64,000 bases of DNA, from assembly GCA_035514295.1 (NCBI GenBank), contig DATKBB010000116.1, positions 8,496-72,495 of the forward strand, in the 5' to 3' direction. This document shows positions 1 to 8,964 of the stretch, piece after piece (the first letter of the stretch is position 1; each line of letters starts with the position of its first letter). The stretch is from Candidatus Limnocylindria bacterium (GTDB lineage: Bacteria; Chloroflexota; Limnocylindria; Limnocylindrales; CSP1-4). The notes beneath the pieces are model-generated. The model saw only the letters and a program-made list of their open reading frames with translations. It did not search any database and was not told the origin of the DNA. The translations under genes and the position numbers were made by a program.

Positions 1-341
1 CGGTGAATGCGCCACAGGAAGTCGTGTGAAAGCTCCTCCGGCGTGGGCACCTTGAAGCTCGACACGACGCAGCCCTGCGGGTTGAAGGCGCCGGCAACCT
101 TGCGGATCGTGCCGTCCTTGCCGCTCGTGTCGATGCCCTGGAGCACGACCAGCAGCGCCTGCCTGTCCTCCGCCCACAACCGGTCCTGTAAGTCGCTCAG
201 GCGGTCGAGCTCCGTGGCCGTCGCCTCTTCACCGTCGTCCTTCTCCCACCCGTGGCTGTCGTCCGGGTCCCGGGCGTCCAGCTCGACGGGCTGCCCGGGG
301 GCCACGCGCAGCCGGTCACGGAACTTGGCGAGTTTCTCCAT
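1..341 (-). CDS. ppk2: polyphosphate kinase 2 (PPK2) family protein, N-terminal part; gene runs off the window start
   Basis: Reverse-strand ATG at 341; absent from the ORF track because there is no stop in the window. My translation MEKLAKFRDRL...LLVVLQGIDTSGKDGTIRKV...HDFLWRIH carries the PPK2 GxDxxGKDG P-loop block. Confidence 0.8.
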   Translation of the reverse strand, partial: MEKLAKFRDRLRVAPGQPVELDARDPDDSHGWEKDDGEEATATELDRLSDLQDRLWAEDRQALLVVLQGIDTSGKDGTIRKVAGAFNPQGCVVSSFKVPTPEELSHDFLWRIH

Positions 342-411
342 GCCCCAACGTTAACCGCTGCGCCTTGGGCACGACGGGTCTTCCGGGTCGCGGGCGTAGA
401 ATCGGCCGGCC

Positions 412-1878
412 ATGACCATGACCGCGACGAAGCCCCACCCGATCTTCCTCGCCGGCCGCTGGGTCGAGTCGCCCGACCGGCTCGAGATCGCCAATCCGGC
501 CCGGCCCGACCAGCCCGCGGGCGCGACCTACAACGCCACCCCCGAGCAATACGAAGAGGCCTCTCAGGCAGCGGTGGAGGCCTTCGAGGTCACGCGCCAC
601 CTCCCCGCGTACGAGCGCGGCCGGATGCTGCGCGAGATCAGCGCAGGCATCCGCGAGCGGCGCGAGGAGCTGGGCCGGCTGCTCTGCCTCGAATCGGGCA
701 AGCCCATCAGGGATGCCCTGACCGAAGTGGACCGCGCGGTGCTGACCTTCCGCCTGGGCGCGGAGGAGGCCGAGCGGATGACCGGCGAGCTGATCCCGCT
801 CGACCTGATGGCGAGCTCGAAAGGACGCATCGGCATCACGCGCCGCTTCCCGATCGGGCCCATCGCCGCCATCAGTCCCTTCAACTTCCCGCTCAACCTG
901 GCCGCGCACAAGGTCGCCCCGGCGCTGGCCTCGGGCAACACGATCGTGCTGAAGCCGCCGTCGAAGGACCCGCTCACGATGCTGACCGTGGCCGAGATCA
1001 TCGAGAAGGCGGGCGTGCCGGAGGGCGCGGTGAGCATCCTGCCCATGAGCCGCACGCTGGGCGACCGCCTGGTGGCCGACGAGCGCTACCGCCTGCTGAC
1101 CTTCACCGGCAGCCCGAGCGTCGGCTGGCGCATGAAGGAGCGCGCCGGCAAGAAGAAGGTCGTGCTGGAGCTGGGCGGCAACGCCGGCGTCATCGTCGAC
1201 GGTTCGGCCGACATCGAATGGGCCGTCAAGCGCACGCTGGTCGGCGCCTTCACGTACGCCGGCCAGGTCTGCATCAGCGTCCAGCGCATGTACATCCACT
1301 CGTCCCTGTACGACGAGTTCATTGAGCGTCTCGTGGAGGGGGCGCGGGGCCTCAAGATCGGCGATCCGATCGACCCCGAGACGCAACTCGGGCCGATGGT
1401 CGACGAGCAGGCCGCCCAGCGCACGGAGCGCTGGGTGCGCGAGGCCGAGGAGCTGGGCGGCAAGGTGCTGCTCGGCGGCCGGGCGGAAGGAGCGCTCTTC
1501 CCGCCCACCGTGCTGGTCGACACGCCGCCTACCGCGCAGGTCTGCTCGAACGAGGCCTTCGCGCCCCTGGTGGTGGCCTTCCCCTTCGACGACTTCGGCG
1601 AGGCAATCCGAGGCGTCAACGACAGCTTCTACGGGCTCCAGACGGGCGTCTTCACGAACGACCTGGCCCACAGCTGGCAGGCCTTCAACGAGCTGGAGGT
1701 GGGCGGCGTGATCGTCAACGACATACCGACCTACCGCATCGATCACATGCCCTACGGCGGGGTGAAGGACTCCGGCCTGGGTCGCGAGGGCCTGCGCTGG
1801 GCCATCGAGGACATGACCGAGATCCGCCTGATGGTCGTGGCGCAGCCGGAGGCGGCGCAACCCAAGCCTGGTCAGTGA
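412..1878 (+). CDS. NAD(P)-dependent aldehyde dehydrogenase
   Basis: 488-aa ORF with ALDH hallmarks FPLNLAAHKVAPALASGNTIVLKP, ELGGNAG and the catalytic GQVCIS. Confidence 0.85.
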   Translation: MTMTATKPHPIFLAGRWVESPDRLEIANPARPDQPAGATYNATPEQYEEASQAAVEAFEVTRHLPAYERGRMLREISAGIRERREELGRLLCLESGKPIRDALTEVDRAVLTFRLGAEEAERMTGELIPLDLMASSKGRIGITRRFPIGPIAAISPFNFPLNLAAHKVAPALASGNTIVLKPPSKDPLTMLTVAEIIEKAGVPEGAVSILPMSRTLGDRLVADERYRLLTFTGSPSVGWRMKERAGKKKVVLELGGNAGVIVDGSADIEWAVKRTLVGAFTYAGQVCISVQRMYIHSSLYDEFIERLVEGARGLKIGDPIDPETQLGPMVDEQAAQRTERWVREAEELGGKVLLGGRAEGALFPPTVLVDTPPTAQVCSNEAFAPLVVAFPFDDFGEAIRGVNDSFYGLQTGVFTNDLAHSWQAFNELEVGGVIVNDIPTYRIDHMPYGGVKDSGLGREGLRWAIEDMTEIRLMVVAQPEAAQPKPGQ

Positions 1879-1938
1879 CGCCGCTGCCAGCAAGGCTCAC
1901 GAGCTGGTGATCGGAGGCAACACAATCCGCAACGTTTG

Positions 1939-1974
1939 CAGTACTTCGGTAAGAGTCCACCAGTACTGAAGTAC
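1939..1974. promoter_or_regulatory. imperfect inverted repeat (GTACTTCgGTA / TACtGAAGTAC, two AGTACT cores) in an AT-richer spacer upstream of the TadE-like genes
   Basis: Read directly: cagtacttcggtaagagtccaccagtactgaagtac. It lies in the only low-GC stretch between the ALDH stop and the TadE start. Confidence 0.25.
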
Positions 1975-2056
1975 CAGTTCGAATTTGTTGAGCGTATCAT
2001 TGCGCGGCCTTCACGCGACATCCCAGAGAGCGTGAAGCGATAGAGGTAATCGTCAC

Positions 2057-2485
2057 GTGCTCCGAGGGACCCGACGGGGAGGCGGCGGGGAGGCGGCCTG
2101 CCGGGGGGTCTGCGGGCCACGCTCAGAGCGTGGTCAGGCCCAGGCCGAGCTGGCGATCTTCCTTTTCGTCATCCTCGTCATGGCCCTGACAGTGTTCGAC
2201 GTGGGCCGTGCCTTCCACACGCAGCTGATCGTGACCCAGCTGGCCAGGGACGGAGCCCGAGTCGCCGTCGATTGCACGAAGACTGCCGAGGATGTGCGCG
2301 CCTCGGTGCTGACCGCTGCCGGAGGGCTGAGTCCGACTGTTACCGTCAGCCCTGATCCTCGTTCGTGCCCTGCCGATCCCACGCGGGTCACCGTCAGTGT
2401 CTTGTACCAGTGGCTCACGCCGCTGGGCAACATCCTCGGCTCGGGCGGCTCGGTCACGCTATCCAGCACGATGACCTCGCAGTAG
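2057..2485 (+). CDS. TadE-like Flp-pilus minor pilin / pilus assembly protein
   Basis: GTG start with an AGAGG 10 nt upstream. N-terminal SERGQAQAELAIFLFVILVMALTVFDVGRAF matches the TadE-type prepilin-like hydrophobic segment. Confidence 0.65.
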   Translation: MLRGTRRGGGGEAACRGVCGPRSERGQAQAELAIFLFVILVMALTVFDVGRAFHTQLIVTQLARDGARVAVDCTKTAEDVRASVLTAAGGLSPTVTVSPDPRSCPADPTRVTVSVLYQWLTPLGNILGSGGSVTLSSTMTSQ

Positions 2486-2490
2486 CCGTC

Positions 2491-2931
2491 ATGCTCGGTC
2501 GCAGCCTGCCATTCCGTCCACGCCGATCGGGCGGCCAGAGCCTGACCGAGTTCGCGCTGGCCGTGCCCGTCTTCCTGCTGGTCCTCCTGACGATCGTGGA
2601 GGCGGCTGCCTTTGCCTACACGTACACGAATCTTCAACGCGCCGTACAGGAGGGGGGGCGCGTCGCCGCGCTGCCCGGCACGTCCGAGATGACTCAGGTG
2701 CGGGATCGTGTCGTGGAGCGAGCGCGGCCTGTCGACGTGGATCCAGCGGACGTGGCCATCACCGTCAACGGCATAGAGTGCCTGATCGAGACCTGTTTCA
2801 CCGCCCGGGTGAGCGGCGACCGCGTGCTCGTCACGCTCAGCTTCTCGTACCAGCCAGTCGGCTCGGCGGTCTTCGGTGCCGGCGCGACCTTCAACCTCCC
2901 CGATCTCAGCGCGGAGTTCATGGTCGAATGA
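2491..2931 (+). CDS. TadE-like Flp-pilus minor pilin / pilus assembly protein (second copy)
   Basis: Internal ATG at 2491 of ORF 2365..2931. GGQSLTEFALAVPVFLLVLLTIVEAAAFAY is a TadE-like N-terminus. Confidence 0.7.
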   Translation: MLGRSLPFRPRRSGGQSLTEFALAVPVFLLVLLTIVEAAAFAYTYTNLQRAVQEGGRVAALPGTSEMTQVRDRVVERARPVDVDPADVAITVNGIECLIETCFTARVSGDRVLVTLSFSYQPVGSAVFGAGATFNLPDLSAEFMVE

Positions 2932-4133
2932 ACAAGTTGGACGACAAGAGACGCGGCAGTCGGGGCCAGATGCTGGTCCTCTTTGCCGTCGCCGTGCCCG
3001 GCCTGATGGTGGTCATGGCGCTCGGCGTCGATGCGGCCAACCTTTTCTCGCGGCACCAGAACATGCAAGGCGCGGCGGACCTCTCGGCGCTCGCGGGTGC
3101 GCGCCACATGCCCGCCGATCCGGCTACCGCGGAGTCGGCCGCCCTCGCCGTGGCCGGCGAGAACGGCTACTCCAGCGGAGTGGCGGTCATCGCGCCGTAT
3201 GTGGACCAGAACGGTGACTCGCAACCCGACATGGTCGAGGTCAGGATCGCTGCCGCAGTGCCGACCTTCTTCATGCCCATCCTGGGCGTGTCAACGGTCG
3301 ACGTGGGAGTGCGCGCCGTGGCGGGTAGCAGCTGGACCGCGACCGGCGGCACTTTCCCTGCCGTCTTTGCCGGCTGCGGGTACACGTCCGATCCATGCTC
3401 CGCTCCGAAGGACAAGGCAATCGACTGGAGCGGTAGCGACGGCAACATAATCGGGGGGATCCATTCCAACTGCGGCATCCTGGTCGGCGGCCAGAACAAC
3501 AGCGTTGAAGGGGATACCACCTACTCGACTGCCTCTGAATGCGGGTTTGACGGTGGTGGCAACACCTACGACCCCGCGGCAAGCCCCAGCGCGCCGGTGC
3601 CGTTTCCGGTGGATTACACGGCAGCCAGCTTTGCCTGTGACGTCACGGTCAACGGCAAACTGGAACTCAAGAACTACTACGAGAGTGGCACGAAGAACAT
3701 CAGAGATGGCGTGTACTGCGCCACTGGCTCCTCAGCCGAGATCCTGCTTGATGAGCAGGGCGTGAGTGGGAACGTGACGCTCGTGGCGGACCGCGGCACG
3801 GAAGACTGCTCCTCGGGCACCTCCGGCGGCAAGATCACCATCTCGGGCAGCGACTTCAGCCTCACGGCGTACGACCCCTCCAAGGTGCTCATGTACTCCA
3901 ACGGGGTCGAAACGCCGACGATCGTGATCTCCGGTAGCAACGGCACGTGGAACGGGCTGATAATCGCCCGCTGCGGCCAGGCGGAAATCTCGGGCCAGAG
4001 CGTGGGCACGTCCGGTGGCGGCAGCATCCTGGCCAACACGGTCAAGATCGGCGGCAGTGACGTGGTGATCGACTCGAACGGCCTGTCTGCGCTCGGGCCG
4101 CCTACGCTTGAGTGGCTGAAGCTGTTCGAGTGA
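2928..4133 (+). CDS. TadG-like pilus assembly protein with a repetitive Gly/Ser-rich C-terminal domain
   Basis: ATG at 2928 overlaps the upstream stop (ATGA). RGSRGQMLVLFAVAVPGLMVVMALGVDAANLF is a TadG N-terminal motif. The C-terminus has repeated xISGSx segments suggesting a beta-helix. Confidence 0.65.
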   Translation: MNKLDDKRRGSRGQMLVLFAVAVPGLMVVMALGVDAANLFSRHQNMQGAADLSALAGARHMPADPATAESAALAVAGENGYSSGVAVIAPYVDQNGDSQPDMVEVRIAAAVPTFFMPILGVSTVDVGVRAVAGSSWTATGGTFPAVFAGCGYTSDPCSAPKDKAIDWSGSDGNIIGGIHSNCGILVGGQNNSVEGDTTYSTASECGFDGGGNTYDPAASPSAPVPFPVDYTAASFACDVTVNGKLELKNYYESGTKNIRDGVYCATGSSAEILLDEQGVSGNVTLVADRGTEDCSSGTSGGKITISGSDFSLTAYDPSKVLMYSNGVETPTIVISGSNGTWNGLIIARCGQAEISGQSVGTSGGGSILANTVKIGGSDVVIDSNGLSALGPPTLEWLKLFE

Positions 4134-4165
4134 TCGGGGGTCCTTAGCCGGCCGTTCAGCAGCCT

Positions 4166-5851
4166 TCAGCCGCCCGCGCTGCGTCGGCGCAGGCCCTGTA
4201 CGATGGCTCCCGTCTCGGCCGCACTGACGCCCAGCCGGGCCAGCGTGTAGCGCGCCATCTCGAGGGCTGCCTCCGTCTCGGCCGTCACGATCTCCTGGAC
4301 TCCCTTCTCGCGCAGGAAGGCGCGGTCGGCCGCCGATCGCGCGCGGGCGACGATGGCCAGGCGCGGGTTGACGCGCCGCGCATGGTCGACCAGCTGGCGC
4401 AGGGCAAGTGAGTCTGAGACCGCTACGACGAGCACCTGCGCGTCGTCGATGCCGGCGCGGTCGAGGATGCGCGGGTTCTCAGCCGATCCCTGCATCACAG
4501 TCATCCCCCGGTCGCGCAGGCGGCGCGCCACACGAGGGTCCTCCTCGATCACGACGTAGGGGAAGCCGCGGCCCTCCAGCGCGGCGCCGATCAGCCGGCC
4601 CACGCGCCCAAAGCCGCAGATGATGATGTACCGCCCGCGGCGCCGGCCCGTGCTGATCACCGGCGGTTCGGCCATGGCCTCCTCGCCCGAGCGGCGCTGC
4701 AGCCACCTCAGGGCGCGTGGCGTCGCGCCATGCAGCCACGGTGCGGCCACGATGCTGATCGCCGCCGCCGACATCATCAGCCCGAACATGTCGGCGCCCA
4801 CGACGCCCAGGTCGACTCCCAGGCGGGCCAGCAGGAAGGAGAACTCGGCCGATTGGGCCAGCCCCACGCCGACCAGCACCGCCGTCCGCCTGGGCAACCG
4901 GAAGGCGGCCGCGATGAGCCCGCTGATCAGCCCCTTGATGGGCACGATGAGCGCCACACCCACGAGCACGAGCGGCAGCGAGGCGATGATGTACATCGGG
5001 TCGACGAGCATGCCCACCGACACGAAGAAGAGGCCCGCGAAGACGTCGCGCAAGGGCGCCAGCTCACCCAGCGCCTGGAAGCTGACGTCCGACTCGCCCA
5101 CCAGGATGCCGGCCACGAAGGCGCCCAGGGCCAGCGACAGGCCGAAGAGCTCGGCGGCCCAGGCGGTCCCCAAGGCCAGCGCCACCACGCTCAGCACGAA
5201 CACCTCGCGACTGCGCAGCAGCGCCACGTGCTCGAAGAACCAGGGCAGGATCTTCAGGCCGACGGGCAGCAGGATTGCCAGGAAGAGCGCGGCCCGGCCG
5301 CCGGCCAGCAGCAGGTCAGTGCCCAGGTCGCCGCCCGCCGACAGCGCGCTCAGCACGACCACCAGCACGATCGTCGAGAGGTCCTGCACGGACGACCAGG
5401 CGAAGGCGATCCGGCCGTGGTCGGCGTCCTGCTCGCCGTGGTCGCCCAGCACCTTGGCGATGACGGTGCTCGACGAGTTGGAGATGACCGCGCCCAGGAA
5501 GAGCGCCTCCAGCGGCCGGAAGCCCAGCGCCAGGCCGACGCCGGCGCCGATGGCGATCAATGCGATCACCTGCACTGAGCCGCCCACCAGTGCCACCCGG
5601 CCCACCCGCAGCAGGTCGCGCAGGGAGAGCTGCAGTCCGATGGCGAAGAGCAGGAAGATGACGCCGATGTCGGCCAGCGCAGCGACGGTGCCCGGCTCGC
5701 CCACGGGCCCTGGTGTATAAGGCCCAATGAGCACGCCCACGACGATGTAGCCCAGGATCGCCGACTGGCCCAGGCGCACGGCGATCGCGCCGCCGATGGC
5801 GGCCGCGATGAGGGCCAGCGCGAGATTGACCAGCAGACCGGTGTCGGGCAT
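4166..5851 (-). CDS. cation:proton antiporter (CPA2, Kef-type) with C-terminal RCK/TrkA-N domain
   Basis: 561 aa with about 12 hydrophobic helices, then IIICGFGRVGRLIGAAL (a Rossmann GxGxxG of TrkA-N). Confidence 0.85.
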   Translation of the reverse strand: MPDTGLLVNLALALIAAAIGGAIAVRLGQSAILGYIVVGVLIGPYTPGPVGEPGTVAALADIGVIFLLFAIGLQLSLRDLLRVGRVALVGGSVQVIALIAIGAGVGLALGFRPLEALFLGAVISNSSSTVIAKVLGDHGEQDADHGRIAFAWSSVQDLSTIVLVVVLSALSAGGDLGTDLLLAGGRAALFLAILLPVGLKILPWFFEHVALLRSREVFVLSVVALALGTAWAAELFGLSLALGAFVAGILVGESDVSFQALGELAPLRDVFAGLFFVSVGMLVDPMYIIASLPLVLVGVALIVPIKGLISGLIAAAFRLPRRTAVLVGVGLAQSAEFSFLLARLGVDLGVVGADMFGLMMSAAAISIVAAPWLHGATPRALRWLQRRSGEEAMAEPPVISTGRRRGRYIIICGFGRVGRLIGAALEGRGFPYVVIEEDPRVARRLRDRGMTVMQGSAENPRILDRAGIDDAQVLVVAVSDSLALRQLVDHARRVNPRLAIVARARSAADRAFLREKGVQEIVTAETEAALEMARYTLARLGVSAAETGAIVQGLRRRSAGG

Positions 5852-5913
5852 GGCACCTCCGTCTGGTCGGCTTCCTTGCGGGATCCAGATCGTAGCGGGG
5901 ACGAGCCGCGGGC

Positions 5914-5919
5914 TAGACT
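5914..5919 (+). promoter_or_regulatory. possible -10 box (TAGACT) 6 nt upstream of the AlsS-like ATG; candidate leaderless transcript
   Basis: Sequence gggcTAGACTgccagtATG with no Shine-Dalgarno motif between. Confidence 0.25.
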
Positions 5920-5925
5920 GCCAGT

Positions 5926-7608
5926 ATGACGGTGCACGAGCGGCGCACCCGCATCGCAGCAGATCTGCTCGTTGAGTGCCTCGAGGCCGAGAGTTGCGAG
6001 TACGTCTTCTCCGTGCCGGGCGAAGAGACGATGGACGTGCTCGAAGCGCTATCGCGCACTGAAACGGTGCGTCACATAACCACCCGCCACGAGCAGGGCG
6101 CGGCCTTCATGGCCGACGTCTACGGCCGCCTGACCGGCCGCTGCGCGGTGGCCATGGGCACGCTGGGGCCGGGCGCCACGAACCTCGTGACGGGCATCGC
6201 CGACGCTTTCCTGGACCGTGCCCCGATGGTCGCCCTGACCGGCCAGGTGGGCTCGGACAAGCTGCACAAGGAGGCTCACCAGTTCGTCGACATCGTGCAG
6301 ATGTTCCAGCCGGTGACCAAGTGGAACGGACGTGTGGAGCGCATCGACGCGATCCCCGAGATGGTGCGCAAGGCCTTCCGCGTGGCGCAGCTGGAGAAGC
6401 CCGGCCCGACGCACATCGAGCTGCCCGAGAACCGCGCCCAGATGCCGCCCGAGTCAGGCGACCGAACTCAGCCGCTGGAGCCCCGCCCCACCTACTTCCC
6501 CGAGCCCACGCAGGAGGCCATCGAGGCCGCAGCCCGGCTGGTCGAGTCGGCCGATCGTCCGCTCATCCTGGCCGGCAACGGCGTGTTGCGCCGCCTCGCC
6601 TCCGAGCAGTTGCGCGCATTCGCCCAGGCATTGCACGTGCCGGTGGCCGTGACGTTCATGGGCAAAGGCGCCATCGACGACCGCGACCACCTCTCGCTGA
6701 TGGCCGTTGGGCTGCAGGCGCGCGATCACGTGCTGACCGGTTTCGAGAGCGCGGACCTGATCATCAGCGTGGGCTACGACCCGGTCGAGTACGCCCCTTC
6801 ATCCTGGAACCCGGACGCCTCGAAGCGCATCCTGGCCATCGACACGCAGCCATCCGAGGTTGACAGCAGCTACCAGCCGCTGGTCGAGCTGGTGGGCGAC
6901 ATCGAGGGCAGCCTGGCCCGCCTGCTGGCGGCGGTGGAGCGGCGCGAGGATGGCCACGGCCTGGAGGGCCACCTCGAGCTACGCGAGAAGCTGCTCAACG
7001 ATTTGAACTCGAGTGCCGAAGACGAGGGCTGGCCGATCAAGCCGCAGAAGGCGATCTACGACCTGCGCCGGGCACTCGGACCGAAGGACATTGTGATCAG
7101 CGACGTGGGCGCGCACAAGGTCTGGACGGCGCGGCTCTACCAGGCCTACGAGCCCAACACGGTCATCATCAGCAACGGCTTCGCGGCGATGGGCATCAGC
7201 CTGCCCGGCGCGATAGCGGCCAAGCTGGTGTACCCGGAGCGAAAGGTCGTGGCCCTCTGCGGCGACGGCGCGTTTCTGATGAACTCGCAGGAGCTCGAGA
7301 CGGCCAAACGTATCGGCACGAACATCGTCGTGGTCGTCTGGCGCGACGACGGCTACGGGCTGATCGACTGGAAGCAGCGCAACGAGTTCGGCCGGCCCTA
7401 CGCCGTCGAGTTCGGCAATCCCGACCTGGTGGCCTACGCGGAGAGCTTCGGCATTGCCGGCTTCCGCGCCCAGTCGTCGGCCGATCTCTATCCAACGCTG
7501 ATGCGCGCGCTGGAGGTGGACGGCCCGGCGCTGGTCGACGTGCCGATCGACTACCGCGAGAACCTGCGCCTGACCGAGCAACTGGGCGCGCTGGCCGGGA
7601 CGATGTGA
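5926..7608 (+). CDS. thiamine-pyrophosphate enzyme, acetolactate synthase (catabolic AlsS-like) large subunit family
   Basis: 560 aa. TPP_enzyme N, M and C blocks are present: GATNLVTGIADAFLDRAPMVALTGQV and GDGAFLMNSQELETA. Confidence 0.85.
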   Translation: MTVHERRTRIAADLLVECLEAESCEYVFSVPGEETMDVLEALSRTETVRHITTRHEQGAAFMADVYGRLTGRCAVAMGTLGPGATNLVTGIADAFLDRAPMVALTGQVGSDKLHKEAHQFVDIVQMFQPVTKWNGRVERIDAIPEMVRKAFRVAQLEKPGPTHIELPENRAQMPPESGDRTQPLEPRPTYFPEPTQEAIEAAARLVESADRPLILAGNGVLRRLASEQLRAFAQALHVPVAVTFMGKGAIDDRDHLSLMAVGLQARDHVLTGFESADLIISVGYDPVEYAPSSWNPDASKRILAIDTQPSEVDSSYQPLVELVGDIEGSLARLLAAVERREDGHGLEGHLELREKLLNDLNSSAEDEGWPIKPQKAIYDLRRALGPKDIVISDVGAHKVWTARLYQAYEPNTVIISNGFAAMGISLPGAIAAKLVYPERKVVALCGDGAFLMNSQELETAKRIGTNIVVVVWRDDGYGLIDWKQRNEFGRPYAVEFGNPDLVAYAESFGIAGFRAQSSADLYPTLMRALEVDGPALVDVPIDYRENLRLTEQLGALAGTM

Positions 7609-7623
7609 GCCGGAGGGCGCGCC

Positions 7624-7646
7624 GCGCATGTGTGCCGCACATGTGC
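7624..7646 (+). terminator. hairpin (GCGCATGTG-tgccg-CACATGTGC) 16 nt after the AlsS-like stop
   Basis: Read directly. 9-bp stem with one G-U pair and no T-tract, as is usual in high-GC genomes. Confidence 0.3.
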
Positions 7647-7900
7647 CCCGGACCCCACTCGTTTGCACGATCAAGAGAAGGATGCGGTCAGCCTGCGGTT
7701 CCGGACGGCAGATCGTCGTGGCGCGCGCCCTCACCCAGTGCCCAGTCCTGCGTGCCCTTCGTCGTCTTGTGCGTGGCGAGTGGAAGTGGCAGCTCTCCTA
7801 CTGCCTCCAACACCCCGGAAGCTCGCTTTCGAGTTGCTGATCGTGCAAAACGGCCCGCGCGAGGGTCCCAGCCAGCCCGGTCGTCGTAGAGTGAGGCCAG

Positions 7901-8824
7901 ATGACCACGGCACGAGTGATGAAGGTCGGGGTGCAGCTACCCGAGGTCGAGCGCGTCGTCCGCTGGCCGGAGCTGCGGCTGATGGCCCAGCTCGCCGAGC
8001 AGGTCGGCTTCGACTCACTCTGGTTGGGTGACCACCTGCTCTACCGCTACCCGGACGGCACCAGCCGGGGCCCGTGGGAGGCCTGGTCGACGCTGGCCGC
8101 CCTGGCCGCAGTGACTTCACGGGTCGAGCTCGGGCCACTGGTCGCCAGCACGAGCTTCCACAACCCGGCCATGCTGGCCAAGAAGGCTGCCACGATCGAC
8201 GAGATCAGCGGCGGCCGGTTGATCCTGGGCCTGGGTGCGGGCTGGAACGAGACCGAGTACAAGGCCTTCGGCTTCCCCTACGACAGGCGCGTGGAGCGCT
8301 TCGCGGAAGCCTTCACGATCATCCGGACGCTATTGGCCGAGCGCAGGATCGACTTCGCCGGCCGCTACTACGAGGCCCGCGACTGCGAGCTGATCCCGGC
8401 CGGCCCGCGTGCCGGCGGGCCACCGCTGATGATCGGCTCGACCGGGCCACGGATGCTGCGCCTGGCGCTGCCGTACGTGAGCTACTGGAACGCCTGGTAC
8501 TCGTCCTTCGGCAACGACGTGTCACGGCTGCCGGCATTGCTCCGGGCGGTGGACGAGGCCTGCCGCGAGGTGGGCCGCGCGCCGGCTGACGTCGAGCGCA
8601 CGGTCGCGCTCTTGGTGGCACTGCCCGATGCGGTCGGTCGTCCGACCGTCTACGACGACGGCTCGGCGGTGCCCCCGCTGCGCGGCACGCCCGACGAGCT
8701 GGCGGATCAGCTACGCGCTTTCGCGCGGGCCGGCATCTCACATGTCCAGCTGGTCCTCGACCCGATCACCGCCCAGTCGATCGAGCGCTTGGCACCAGTC
8801 CTGGAGCTGCTCGACCAGGACTGA
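7901..8824 (+). CDS. LLM-class (luciferase-like) flavin/F420-dependent oxidoreductase
   Basis: 307 aa. Shows the DSLWLGDHL, GGRLILGLGAGWNETEY and C-terminal GTPDELADQLRAFARAGISHVQL pattern typical of LLM proteins. Confidence 0.8.
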   Translation: MTTARVMKVGVQLPEVERVVRWPELRLMAQLAEQVGFDSLWLGDHLLYRYPDGTSRGPWEAWSTLAALAAVTSRVELGPLVASTSFHNPAMLAKKAATIDEISGGRLILGLGAGWNETEYKAFGFPYDRRVERFAEAFTIIRTLLAERRIDFAGRYYEARDCELIPAGPRAGGPPLMIGSTGPRMLRLALPYVSYWNAWYSSFGNDVSRLPALLRAVDEACREVGRAPADVERTVALLVALPDAVGRPTVYDDGSAVPPLRGTPDELADQLRAFARAGISHVQLVLDPITAQSIERLAPVLELLDQD

Positions 8825-8964
8825 ACCGCTCCAGGTTGGTCGCCGCCGTTTTGCTGGATGAGCGAACAGAGTTGCCGCCTTGCCGCTGCTCACAGGCCTC
8901 CTGGAGGCCACACCGCGCTCCGGCCGGGCGCCAGCACGCTCACGAGCGCGGCGCCGCCGGGTGG

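Noticed and set aside
316-1893. 525-aa ORF antisense to the aldehyde dehydrogenase gene
   Set aside because: The translation is Arg/Ala/Gly/Leu-rich low complexity with no motifs. The opposite strand (412-1878) has clear ALDH motifs and high GC3. Long antisense ORFs are expected in high-GC DNA because stop codons are rare.
7609-7900. Small ORFs (70-133 aa) in the spacer between the AlsS-like and LLM genes
   Set aside because: Cys/Arg-rich, low-GC3 translations with no motifs. The region looks like a terminator hairpin plus a promoter spacer.
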